DNA from: Bacteroidales bacterium
GTDB lineage: Bacteria; Bacteroidota; Bacteroidia; Bacteroidales; UBA12077
Assembly: GCA_028282585.1 (NCBI GenBank)
Contig: JANQHR010000139.1
Coordinates: 1-36,866 of the forward strand
Length of the DNA: 36,866 bases
Reading direction: 5' to 3'
This document shows positions 19,977 to 28,714 of the stretch, piece after piece. Made by a program: the position numbers and the translations under genes. The first letter of the stretch is position 1; each line of letters begins with the position of its first letter. Under the pieces are notes generated by a model. It saw only the letters and a list, made by a program, of their open reading frames with translations, had not been told where the DNA came from and ran no database searches.

Positions 19977-21083
19977 ATGAATAAGATACTATTTATTGAT
20001 CGGGATGGGACTTTAATTAAAGAACCTGTAGATGAACAAGTTGACTCATTAGAAAAATTGGAATTCATTCCTGGCATTTTTCGGGTACTTTACTTGTTAA
20101 CCAATCAGTTTGATTATGAATTAGTCATAGTTTCGAACCAGGATGGTTTGGGAACCGGCACCTATCCTACCGAAGCTTTCGAAAAGGTCCAGGATAAATT
20201 GTTAAAAACTTTAGCAGGTGAAGGAATTAAGTTCAAAGAAATATTGATTGACAAATCATTTCCTAAAGATAAGATTTCAACCAGGAAACCTGGTATTGGT
20301 ATGGTTAAAAAATACCTGAATGAAACGCTTGATTACGAAAAATCTTTTGTTATTGGTGATCGGTTAACTGATTTGCAATTAGCACAAAATATGAACCTCA
20401 AAGGAGTTTTACTTGGAAATAAACACGAAATAAATATTGCCAATAATAAAACTCTTTTCAATTGCAATAGTTGGGATGAAGTTCTTGAAGTCATAAGAAA
20501 AAATTACAGGTCATCTTTTGTAAAAAGAGAAACCAGTGAAACTAAAGTTGAAATTAAGTTATCTCTTGATGGTAGAGGAAAAAATCATATTGAAACTGGT
20601 TTAAAATTCTTCGACCATATGTTAGAGCAGTTATCAAAACACTCCGGAATCGATTTAGCCATAAAGGTAAATGGTGATCTTGATGTTGATGAACACCATT
20701 CCATAGAAGATACTGCAATAGCTTTAGGTGAAGCTTTTACAAAAGCCTTAAACAATAAGAAAGGTATTGAACGTTATGGATTCGTCTTACCGATGGATGA
20801 TTGTTTAGCGCAAGTTGCTATTGATTTCGGTGGTAGGCCCTGGCTGGTCTGGGATGCATCCTTTAAAAGGGAAAAGATTGGTGATATGCCAACAGAGATG
20901 TTTTATCATTTCTTTAAATCCTTTTCTGATTCCGCTCGTTGTAACATAAACATAAAAGCAGAAGGTAACAATGAACATCATAAAATTGAAAGCATTTTTA
21001 AAGCGTTTGCTAAAGCAATGAAAATGAGTATAAATCAAGATAAATTATCCATAAATGTTCCTTCAACAAAAGGAGTATTATAA
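19977..21083 (+). CDS. hisB: Bifunctional histidinol-phosphatase / imidazoleglycerol-phosphate dehydratase
   Basis: N-terminal HAD motif DRDGTL; C-terminal FFDHML, DEHHSIED and NEHHKIE. Confidence 0.96.
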   Translation: MNKILFIDRDGTLIKEPVDEQVDSLEKLEFIPGIFRVLYLLTNQFDYELVIVSNQDGLGTGTYPTEAFEKVQDKLLKTLAGEGIKFKEILIDKSFPKDKISTRKPGIGMVKKYLNETLDYEKSFVIGDRLTDLQLAQNMNLKGVLLGNKHEINIANNKTLFNCNSWDEVLEVIRKNYRSSFVKRETSETKVEIKLSLDGRGKNHIETGLKFFDHMLEQLSKHSGIDLAIKVNGDLDVDEHHSIEDTAIALGEAFTKALNNKKGIERYGFVLPMDDCLAQVAIDFGGRPWLVWDASFKREKIGDMPTEMFYHFFKSFSDSARCNINIKAEGNNEHHKIESIFKAFAKAMKMSINQDKLSINVPSTKGVL

Positions 21084-21095
21084 TTCATAATTCAA

Positions 21096-21677
21096 ATGAA
21101 AGTTATAATCATAAAATATAATGCAGGCAACACTCAAAGTGTCGCGTTTGCTTTAAAGCGTTTAGGAGTTAAACCAATAATAACAAATGATTCAGAACAA
21201 ATTCTAAAAGCTGATAAAGTTATTTTTCCAGGTGTAGGAGAAGCTTCAACTACCATGAATTACCTTATCGTAAACAACTTGAACAAAGTTATTTTAGAGC
21301 TAAAACAGCCTTTTTTAGGAATTTGTTTAGGAATGCAATTGATGTGTAAATTCTCTTTGGAAGGTAAAACCAAATGCTTAGGAATCTTTGATGATTTAGT
21401 TGAGAAATTTCCCCCTAAAAATAAAATTCCACATATTGGCTGGAATAGTTTAACCAACTTAAAAGGGCCATTATTTAAAGATATTTCGGCTAACGAATAT
21501 GTTTATTTTGTTCACAGCTATTATGTACGATTAAACAAAAATTCTATTGCCGAAACAAATTACATCAATCCTTTTGCAGCAGCAATAAGAAAAGATAATT
21601 TTTTTGCCGTTCAGTTCCACCCCGAAAGAAGCGGAAAAACAGGCGAAATCATTTTAAAAAACTTTATAGAATTATGA
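21096..21677 (+). CDS. hisH: Imidazole glycerol phosphate synthase, glutaminase subunit
   Basis: FPGVG, GICLGMQ, YFVHSY and QFHPE motifs. Confidence 0.96.
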   Translation: MKVIIIKYNAGNTQSVAFALKRLGVKPIITNDSEQILKADKVIFPGVGEASTTMNYLIVNNLNKVILELKQPFLGICLGMQLMCKFSLEGKTKCLGIFDDLVEKFPPKNKIPHIGWNSLTNLKGPLFKDISANEYVYFVHSYYVRLNKNSIAETNYINPFAAAIRKDNFFAVQFHPERSGKTGEIILKNFIEL

Positions 21678-22396
21678 TAGAAATAATACCAGCAATCGAT
21701 ATAATTGATGGTCAATGTGTAAGATTATCACAAGGACTTTACAATAAAAAAAGAGTGTACTCCAATCAACCAACGTTAATTGCCAAAGCTTTTGAAAATC
21801 AGGGATACAAGCGTCTACATTTGGTTGATCTGGATGGAGCCAAATCAGGGAAACCCGAAAATTTAAAAGTGCTTGAAAAAATTTGTTCTAATACCAACTT
21901 AATTGTGGATTATAGTGGAGGTATACGCAATAAGGAACAAATTGAAAACGCATTAAGAGCAGGTGCTAAATACATTGCAATAGGCAGCCTGGCAATTAAT
22001 AACTCAAGTTCTTTTATAAAGTTTATTGAAAAATTTGGAGCACAATTATTTATTGTTGCATCAGATGTTTTAAATGAACAGGTCTATATTAACGGATGGC
22101 AGGAAAAAACAGATATAAAAATCTATGATTTAATATCACGGTATATCGAACTTGGGATTCAAAAGTTTATGTGTACCGATATTTCTAAAGATGGCATGTT
22201 AGCAGGTGTAAATATTGATTTTTACAAATCTTTAAAAGACCAGTTCAAAAATAAATATATTATTGCCAGCGGAGGTGTTAGTTCCAAAAAAGATATCTAT
22301 GAACTCGAAAAGGCAGGTATTGATGCTATTATTGTAGGCAAAGCTTTTTATGAAGATATTTTGCCAGTAGAAAACTTAACTTTAAAACAATGCTAG
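21674..22396 (+). CDS. hisA: ProFAR isomerase
   Basis: IIPAIDI, LHLVDLDGA, TDISKDGML and IASGGV motifs. Confidence 0.96.
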   Translation: MIEIIPAIDIIDGQCVRLSQGLYNKKRVYSNQPTLIAKAFENQGYKRLHLVDLDGAKSGKPENLKVLEKICSNTNLIVDYSGGIRNKEQIENALRAGAKYIAIGSLAINNSSSFIKFIEKFGAQLFIVASDVLNEQVYINGWQEKTDIKIYDLISRYIELGIQKFMCTDISKDGMLAGVNIDFYKSLKDQFKNKYIIASGGVSSKKDIYELEKAGIDAIIVGKAFYEDILPVENLTLKQC

Positions 22397-23145
22397 CAAA
22401 AAGAATAATACCTTGTTTGGATATAAAAGATGGCCAGACTGTAAAAGGAATCAAGTTTGAACAGATCAAAGTAGTAGGCGATCCTGTTGAGTTGGGTAAA
22501 TATTACTGCGAAAATGGCGCTGATGAATTGGTATTTCTGGACATCACAGCAACGCATGAGAAACGTAAAGCTTGGATTGATTTGGTAAAGCGAATAGCCA
22601 GAAAAATAAATATTCCATTTACAGTTGGAGGAGGTATTTCCAATATTGAAGATGCCGAAAAGATCTTAAACGCTGGAGCGGATAAAATATCTGTAAATTC
22701 AGCGGCAATCAATAATTCAAAATTGATTTCGGATATTGCTAAGAAGTTTGGAAGCCAATTTGTTGTATTAGCTATTGATGCAAAACTTGAAAACAATCAA
22801 TGGAAGGTTTATAAAAACGGTGGTAGAATTCAAACTGAGTTAGAATTATTTAGTTGGGCAAAAAAAGCCGAGGAGTTAGGATGTGGTGAAATTCTTTTCA
22901 CTTCTATGAATCATGATGGTAGTAAAAATGGTTTTGCCCTAGAGCCTCTTAAGTTTCTTACAGAAAGTTTAAAAATCCCTTTAATTGCCTCTGGTGGTGC
23001 TGGTACCATAGGAGATTTCGAAGATGTATTTAAGTTCTCTAATGTTGAAGCTGCAATAGCTGCAAGTGTATTTCACTCTAAAGAAATTGAAATAAAAAAT
23101 TTAAAAAAGGAATTGTCTAGAAATAGCATTCCAATAAGACTCTAA
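22390..23145 (+). CDS. hisF: Imidazole glycerol phosphate synthase, cyclase subunit
   Basis: KRIIPCLD, GADELVFLDITA, PFTVGGG and IASGGAG motifs. Confidence 0.97.
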   Translation: MLAKRIIPCLDIKDGQTVKGIKFEQIKVVGDPVELGKYYCENGADELVFLDITATHEKRKAWIDLVKRIARKINIPFTVGGGISNIEDAEKILNAGADKISVNSAAINNSKLISDIAKKFGSQFVVLAIDAKLENNQWKVYKNGGRIQTELELFSWAKKAEELGCGEILFTSMNHDGSKNGFALEPLKFLTESLKIPLIASGGAGTIGDFEDVFKFSNVEAAIAASVFHSKEIEIKNLKKELSRNSIPIRL

Positions 23146-23156
23146 AACAATTGATT

Positions 23157-23747
23157 ATGAATTTAGATTTTGCAAAACTAAATGGATTTATTCCAGTTGT
23201 AATTCAAGATGTTAACACTAGGGAGGTTTTAATGCTTGGATTTATGAATGAGGAAGCTTATCAAAAAACAGCAAAAGAAAAACTGGTTACGTTTTACAGC
23301 CGTTCACGCAAAAAATTATGGACAAAAGGAGAAACCAGTGGAAACTTTTTAAAAGTAAATAAAATAATATCGGATTGTGATAGGGATTCTCTTTTAATTC
23401 TGGCTGAACCGACAGGGCCCGTTTGTCATGAGGGAAATAAAGCTTGTTTCAATCTTCAAGATCAAATCTTTGATTTGAACTATTTACAGGAAGTTATTGA
23501 ACAACGTAAAAAAGAAATGCCAAAAGATTCCTATACTACCAGGCTTTTTGAAAAAGGAATCAATAAAATAGCTCAGAAAGTTGGTGAAGAAGTGGTTGAA
23601 TTGATCATAGAAGCAAAAGATAACAATAACGATAATTATTTTTTAAATGAGGCTGCTGATTTGATTTATCATCTTTTAGTTTTACTTTCTGTTAAAAAAT
23701 TTAAAATAAAAGATGTAATCCGACTGTTGGAATCAAGACATAGATAA
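23157..23747 (+). CDS. hisIE: Bifunctional phosphoribosyl-AMP cyclohydrolase / phosphoribosyl-ATP diphosphatase
   Basis: LWTKGETSGN, DCDRD, CHEG…C, KVGEE and EAADLIYH motifs; ATG 23157 (TTG 23151 possible). Confidence 0.95.
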   Translation: MNLDFAKLNGFIPVVIQDVNTREVLMLGFMNEEAYQKTAKEKLVTFYSRSRKKLWTKGETSGNFLKVNKIISDCDRDSLLILAEPTGPVCHEGNKACFNLQDQIFDLNYLQEVIEQRKKEMPKDSYTTRLFEKGINKIAQKVGEEVVELIIEAKDNNNDNYFLNEAADLIYHLLVLLSVKKFKIKDVIRLLESRHR

Positions 23748-23764
23748 ATTAACACTAAATTAGA

Positions 23765-23794
23765 TTTACTTTTTAAAAAGTATTTATATATTTG
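23765..23794 (+). promoter_or_regulatory. Candidate promoter of the aromatic operon leader
   Basis: Perfect -7 element TATATTTG (23787-23794) 16 nt before the leader ATG; weak -33 (TTTA); spacer carries the palindrome TACTTTTTAAAAAGTA. Confidence 0.6.
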
Positions 23795-23810
23795 TCAATA
23801 ACAAACAAAG

Positions 23811-23861
23811 ATGAAAAATAACGCAACTACATATTACTATTACTATTTATTCTTGGAATAA
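23811..23861 (+). CDS. Tyr-rich leader peptide 1 (MKNNATTYYYYYLFLE, 16 aa)
   Basis: Hand-translated; 5 consecutive Tyr codons and one Phe; followed by alternative pairing segments and a terminator. Confidence 0.88.
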   Translation: MKNNATTYYYYYLFLE

Positions 23862-23894
23862 AGCAGGGGAGTAATATTGTTGTATAAAATACTT

Positions 23895-23923
23895 AAAGGT
23901 CCTGCTTAAACAGGACCTTTTTT
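23895..23923 (+). terminator. Aromatic operon attenuator terminator 1
   Basis: AAAGGTCCTG-cttaaa-CAGGACC-TTTTTT; AAGCAGG at the leader stop pairs with CCTGCTT of the 5' arm and loop (antiterminator). Confidence 0.88.
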
Positions 23924-23935
23924 ATTGAAATAAGT

Positions 23936-23995
23936 ATGATCAGGTTTACTTCACATTATTATTACTTCTATTACAGATACAAGTTGTATCCCTGA
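23936..23995 (+). CDS. Tyr/Phe-rich leader peptide 2 (MIRFTSHYYYFYYRYKLYP, 19 aa)
   Basis: Hand-translated; 7 Tyr and 2 Phe in 19 codons; starts 12 nt after terminator 1. Confidence 0.88.
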   Translation: MIRFTSHYYYFYYRYKLYP

Positions 23996-24031
23996 AAAGC
24001 TATGTCCATAAATTAAAATCATCAAATAATC

Positions 24032-24066
24032 AAAAAGCGTCTCAGGGAATCCTAAGGCGCTTTTTT
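24032..24066 (+). terminator. Aromatic operon attenuator terminator 2
   Basis: AAAAAGCGTCT-c-AGG-gaat-CCT-a-AGGCGC-TTTTTT; TCCCTGA…GCT spanning the leader 2 stop pairs with AGC…TCAGGGA (antiterminator). Confidence 0.85.
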
Positions 24067-24086
24067 AATTTTTAAAAACTTAAACA

Positions 24087-25259
24087 ATGAAACCAGCAAA
24101 ACGAATCCAAAACATCCAAGAGTACTACTTCTCCAAAAAGTTAACGGAAATAAGAAAAATGCAACAGCAAGGAATTGATGTAATCAATCTGGGAATAGGA
24201 AGCCCAGATCTTCCTCCACACCCGGATGTAATTTATGAATTAAACAAAAGCAGTCAATCTACTGATAGCAACATGTACCAATCGTATCGAGGAATTGATG
24301 AATTAAGAACTGCTATTGGCAACTGGTATCAAAAAATTTACCACGTTTACCTGGATACAAATACAGAAGTATTACCTCTAATGGGATCAAAAGAGGGAAT
24401 TATGCATATCTCTATGGCCTTTTGTGACCCAGGTGACCAAGTGCTTCTGCCTAATCCAGGCTATCCCGCCTACACGCTTGTTTCTAAACTATTAAATCTT
24501 GATATCCAATATTATAATCTTAACGAGCAAAACAATTGGTTACCTAGTCTTAATGAGTTAGAATCAATTAGTAACGATCGATGTAAAATGATATGGATAA
24601 ACTATCCGCATATGCCTACAGGTAAAGTTGCCGATGCAGGTACACTCAGGGAGCTTGTTATGTGGGCAAAATACAGAGATATTCTCGTTATAAACGATAA
24701 TCCTTATAGTTTAATATTAAATAAAAACCCTTTAAGTATTCTTTCAAATCTAAAAGATTATAAGCATGTTCTTGAATTGAATTCTTTGAGCAAATCTTAC
24801 AATATGGCCGGATGGCGAATTGGTATGGTAGGTGGTTCAAAAGAGAATATTAATCATATCTTAAAAATTAAAAGCAATTTTGATTCTGGTATGTATAAAG
24901 CAATTCAGATGGCAGCTGCTAAAGCTCTTAATTTAGGAAGTGATTGGATATTTGAATTAAATAATGAATATGAAAAAAGAAGAGAAATAATTTGGTATAT
25001 ACTGGACACTTTAAACTGTATTTATCAAAAGGAAACCAGTGGATTATTTGTATGGGCAAAAATTCCAGGAACTTTTAATAATTCATTTGAATTCTCTGAT
25101 TACTTACTTCATACACTTTGTTTATTTGCCACTCCAGGAAGTATCTTCGGAAATAATGGTAATCAATATATTCGATTTTCACTTTGTGCCAATCAAAAAA
25201 CGCTCCTGAAAGCTTTAAACCGAGTTAAAACTTTTAAAGAACAAACCATATGCGAATAA
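24087..25259 (+). CDS. Class I/II PLP-dependent aminotransferase (probable aromatic/prephenate aminotransferase by context)
   Basis: NLGIGSPD, GSKEG, NYPHMPTG, DNPY and SLSKSYNMAGWRIG (PLP Lys) motifs. Confidence 0.88.
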   Translation: MKPAKRIQNIQEYYFSKKLTEIRKMQQQGIDVINLGIGSPDLPPHPDVIYELNKSSQSTDSNMYQSYRGIDELRTAIGNWYQKIYHVYLDTNTEVLPLMGSKEGIMHISMAFCDPGDQVLLPNPGYPAYTLVSKLLNLDIQYYNLNEQNNWLPSLNELESISNDRCKMIWINYPHMPTGKVADAGTLRELVMWAKYRDILVINDNPYSLILNKNPLSILSNLKDYKHVLELNSLSKSYNMAGWRIGMVGGSKENINHILKIKSNFDSGMYKAIQMAAAKALNLGSDWIFELNNEYEKRREIIWYILDTLNCIYQKETSGLFVWAKIPGTFNNSFEFSDYLLHTLCLFATPGSIFGNNGNQYIRFSLCANQKTLLKALNRVKTFKEQTICE

Positions 25260-26086
25260 CTATAGTGGGTCTAGGTTTAATTGGTGGTTCCATGGCCATT
25301 GATCTTCGAAAAAGAGGTTTTGCATCTCATATTATTGGAGTTGATTCTAATAAACTTCATGCAAAAACGGCACTTAATATTGGTTTAATTGATCAAGTTA
25401 GTAATCTTGAAGATGCTATTTCTGAAACTGAATTAATTATCCTTGCAATTCCTGCGAATGAAACCATCCGGTTGTTACCAAAAGTGCTTGATAAAGTCAA
25501 AAACCAAATCGTAACAGATGTATGTTCCATCAAGGCAAATGTCTGTGAGCGAATAAAATACCATTCCAATCGTTTAAATTTCGTTGCATCGCATCCCATG
25601 GCTGGTACAGAAAACTCTGGGCCGTGGTCTGCAGAATCTGGATTATACGATGGGAAAGCAGTAATCTTTTGTGATGCTGAAGATAGCAATCCGCAAGCGC
25701 TAAATGTTGTGACGAAAATGTATGACTACTTAAACATGCGGCCCATTTATATGAACGCATATAATCATGATGTACATGTAGCTTATGTTTCACACATTTC
25801 ACATATCAGTTCATTTGCATTGGCTTTAACGGTTCTGGATAAGGAAAAAAATGAAAAAAATATTTTTGATCTTGCCAGTGGAGGATTTGATTCAACTGTG
25901 CGATTAGCAAAAAGTTCAGCCGAGATGTGGTCAACTATTTTTGAAAACAACTCGGAGAATGTAATCTCTGTTTTAGATACATATATTGAAAAATTAAAGG
26001 AATTTAAATTGGCTATTCAAAAAAACGAAAATGGCCAAGTATCTGATTTAATTAATAAAGCAAACCGAATTAAAAAGATATTGTAA
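25250..26086 (+). CDS. tyrA: Prephenate dehydrogenase
   Basis: GLGLIGGS, DVCSIK, HPMAGTE, HD…AYVSHISH and RLAKSSAEMW motifs. Confidence 0.93.
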   Translation: MRITIVGLGLIGGSMAIDLRKRGFASHIIGVDSNKLHAKTALNIGLIDQVSNLEDAISETELIILAIPANETIRLLPKVLDKVKNQIVTDVCSIKANVCERIKYHSNRLNFVASHPMAGTENSGPWSAESGLYDGKAVIFCDAEDSNPQALNVVTKMYDYLNMRPIYMNAYNHDVHVAYVSHISHISSFALALTVLDKEKNEKNIFDLASGGFDSTVRLAKSSAEMWSTIFENNSENVISVLDTYIEKLKEFKLAIQKNENGQVSDLINKANRIKKIL

Positions 26087-26087
26087 A

Positions 26088-27182
26088 ATGAAAACAAATT
26101 TAAATTTAAACTTAAAAAATATATTTGACTGGAGTATCATTCAAGAGGATAAACCAATTATCATTTCTGGCCCTTGCAGCGCAGAAACCGAAGAACAAAC
26201 TATTCAAACAGCAATTGCACTTAGAAAATTCGGAATTAAAATATTTCGAGCCGGAATCTGGAAACCACGCACTCGCCCTAACTCATTCGAAGGTGTTGGA
26301 AGTATAGCTTTAGAATGGTTAAAAACAGTTAAAAGTGAAACCGGAATGTTTCTTGCTACAGAAGTGGCTAATGTCAAACATATTTATGAATCGTTAAAAG
26401 CAGGTATTGATATTCTTTGGATAGGTGCTCGAACTACAGCTAACCCTTTTGCAATTCAGGAGATTGCTGAAGCATTAAAAGGCATAGACATTCCCATTTT
26501 AATTAAAAATCCTGTAAATCCGGATGTTAACTTATGGATTGGTGCAATAGAAAGGTTTTATAAAACTGGTATAACAAAAATTGGTGCAATTCATAGAGGA
26601 TTTTCGACTTACGAAAAAAGCATTTATAGAAACATCCCACAGTGGCAAATTCCGGTTGAACTGAAAACAAGAATACCGGAAATTCCGCTTTTATGCGATC
26701 CTAGCCATATATCCGGAAATAGGCAGTTATTAAAAGACATATCTCAAAAGGCTATTGATCTCAATTTTGATGGGCTTATGATAGAAACTCATCCTTCTCC
26801 TGATAAAGCCTGGAGCGATGCAAAGCAGCAAATAACTCCCAATTCACTTAAGCATATGATTGATAACTTAGTTATCAGAGAAGAACTTCCTAAAGGTATT
26901 TCATTAGATACTATCGAAGATCTTAGATATAGAATTGATCAATGTGATGATGAATTATTAAATATTCTTGAGAAAAGAATGAATCTAGTTCATTCAATTG
27001 GAATCTATAAAAAGGAAAATAAAATGACTATATTACAGCCGGGACGCTGGGAAAATGTAATTGGTAAGAGTATTGAAAGAGGATTAAAAAAGAATCTAAA
27101 CAAAGATTTTATATCCAATATTTTTAAGTCTATTCATCAGGAATCTATAAATAAACAAAATAAGATTATGAACAATAGGTAA
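26088..27182 (+). CDS. Bifunctional DAHP synthase (type I-beta) / chorismate mutase (C-terminal AroQ)
   Basis: GPCSAE, WKPRTRP.SFEG, WIGART and DPSH motifs; C-terminal LRYRIDQCD…KRM…K…Q..RW. Confidence 0.93.
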   Translation: MKTNLNLNLKNIFDWSIIQEDKPIIISGPCSAETEEQTIQTAIALRKFGIKIFRAGIWKPRTRPNSFEGVGSIALEWLKTVKSETGMFLATEVANVKHIYESLKAGIDILWIGARTTANPFAIQEIAEALKGIDIPILIKNPVNPDVNLWIGAIERFYKTGITKIGAIHRGFSTYEKSIYRNIPQWQIPVELKTRIPEIPLLCDPSHISGNRQLLKDISQKAIDLNFDGLMIETHPSPDKAWSDAKQQITPNSLKHMIDNLVIREELPKGISLDTIEDLRYRIDQCDDELLNILEKRMNLVHSIGIYKKENKMTILQPGRWENVIGKSIERGLKKNLNKDFISNIFKSIHQESINKQNKIMNNR

Positions 27183-27242
27183 AACTATTTGAAGTTAATC
27201 ATTAGTATGATAATTTTATTTCATAAACCTAAAAAATTAAAC

Positions 27243-27821
27243 ATGAAAAAAACAGTTTTACTAGTTTTAGCATTTTTCCTTGCTATTACTATTATAAAAG
27301 CACAAGAAGGAGAAAAGAAAGAGCTTAAACCAGCACTTTTGGTAATTGATGTTCAAAATGCCTATATTAATTGGATGGATCAATCGAATAAGGATATAGC
27401 ATTTGAATATATAAATGCTCTAATTAATCTGTTTGAAAAATATGATCTTCCAATAATTAATGTATATCATCAGGATAAAAACTGGGGACCTTCCGAAGAT
27501 TCAGAAGAATTCAAGTTTGCTCCTGAGATCAAAATAGAAGATGAATATCCAAGAGTAGTAAAAAATTATGGAAATGCATTTACAAAAACCAATTTAGATA
27601 AGATTTTAAATGAAAAGGAAGTTAACACCCTATTTCTGTGTGGATTAAGTGCAACAGGTTGCGTTCTGTCTACCTATGTAGGTGCTAACGATCATGATTA
27701 TAAAGTATTTTTGATCGAAAATGCTTTGTTAAGTCCAGATGCAGAGCATACAGGTATTATTGAGCAAATCAAGAATTCGATATCGTATGAAACTCTTTCT
27801 TTTATGTTAGAATATTTATAA
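27243..27821 (+). CDS. Isochorismatase-family cysteine hydrolase with N-terminal signal peptide
   Basis: LLVIDVQ, K…NAF and GLSATGCV (Asp-Lys-Cys triad); start set at ATG 27243 (MKKTVLL…KA/QE). Confidence 0.85.
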   Translation: MKKTVLLVLAFFLAITIIKAQEGEKKELKPALLVIDVQNAYINWMDQSNKDIAFEYINALINLFEKYDLPIINVYHQDKNWGPSEDSEEFKFAPEIKIEDEYPRVVKNYGNAFTKTNLDKILNEKEVNTLFLCGLSATGCVLSTYVGANDHDYKVFLIENALLSPDAEHTGIIEQIKNSISYETLSFMLEYL

Positions 27822-27822
27822 T

Positions 27823-27847
27823 AAAGAGCCCTGCGGGGCTTTTTTTT
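27823..27847 (+). terminator. Intrinsic terminator, probably bidirectional, between convergent genes
   Basis: AAAGAGCCC-tgcg-GGGC followed by T8. Confidence 0.85.
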
Positions 27848-27848
27848 A

Positions 27849-28646
27849 TCAACGGGGTAAATAATGCCTTTTCAACCAACTTGCTAAGCCGTCAAGACCT
27901 GGAAATAATATCCGCTCATTTATATTAGCTTGATCTAATTTATCTCGTATCTCCCATTTAAGTTCTTTGGGAATAATAATCCTTCGATAAAAGTCTGGAT
28001 TCCGTTCTAATATTTCTTCAAAATCTACACTATAATCTGAAATAACAGAAAATAAAGCATATTGATTCACAATACGTTCATCGATTGATGGAGGTTCAAA
28101 AAAGATTGCAAATGGATCACCAATAAGCTCATCAAATGCTTTTAAATCTGGTATCAATTCTTCGAGAATTTCTACAGTAAATGCATTACATTGTTCTTTT
28201 TTAAGTGCATTCAAAAATATTTTAGGCGCTGAACGATTTATTTTAACAAAGTCAACCTTCCAAATAATACCATCTCTATCGAACTTATCTGTAATTGCAG
28301 TAGCAAAATGCATAGCAACAAAAGGAGAATAGGTCCAATCTAGTAACCTTGTTGGTAACCCATGGTGCTGAGCCAATACAAGTAAACGCCATTGTGTTTT
28401 AGTAAGTCCCGGTTCTGATGTTCGCGAATACTTTCTAAAATTTCTTAAAATATGATATTCCAGTTCTTTATGATTAGCGCAATTTCTCCTAAGTCCTGTT
28501 CTTAATTCATAATTTTTATCGGATAGTCCACGAAATGCAAAATTAGTACGATAACGCCCTAGTTCTGGTTGCCACGAATTATGATAAACCTCATCACAAA
28601 GATGTGGCCAACTTTTAATTATAATCTCATTCTTGGCATGTTGCAT
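27849..28646 (-). CDS. FRG domain-containing protein
   Basis: FAFRG, AQHHGLPTRLLDWT.SP.VA.HFA, RI.NQ and LFPGLDG motifs. Confidence 0.92.
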   Translation of the reverse strand: MQHAKNEIIIKSWPHLCDEVYHNSWQPELGRYRTNFAFRGLSDKNYELRTGLRRNCANHKELEYHILRNFRKYSRTSEPGLTKTQWRLLVLAQHHGLPTRLLDWTYSPFVAMHFATAITDKFDRDGIIWKVDFVKINRSAPKIFLNALKKEQCNAFTVEILEELIPDLKAFDELIGDPFAIFFEPPSIDERIVNQYALFSVISDYSVDFEEILERNPDFYRRIIIPKELKWEIRDKLDQANINERILFPGLDGLASWLKRHYLPR

Positions 28647-28714
28647 AGTTTTTGCTTTAAAGTTAAAACAATAGGCAAAATCCCAAGTTAAATCAAAGTA
28701 ATGAAATTATCAAA

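Noticed and set aside
26088-27182. DAHP synthase-chorismate mutase fusion
   Set aside because: A known architecture in Bacteroidota, not novel.
27849-28646. FRG protein as part of a defence island
   Set aside because: It stands alone among metabolic genes, with no nuclease, methylase or mobile-element neighbours.
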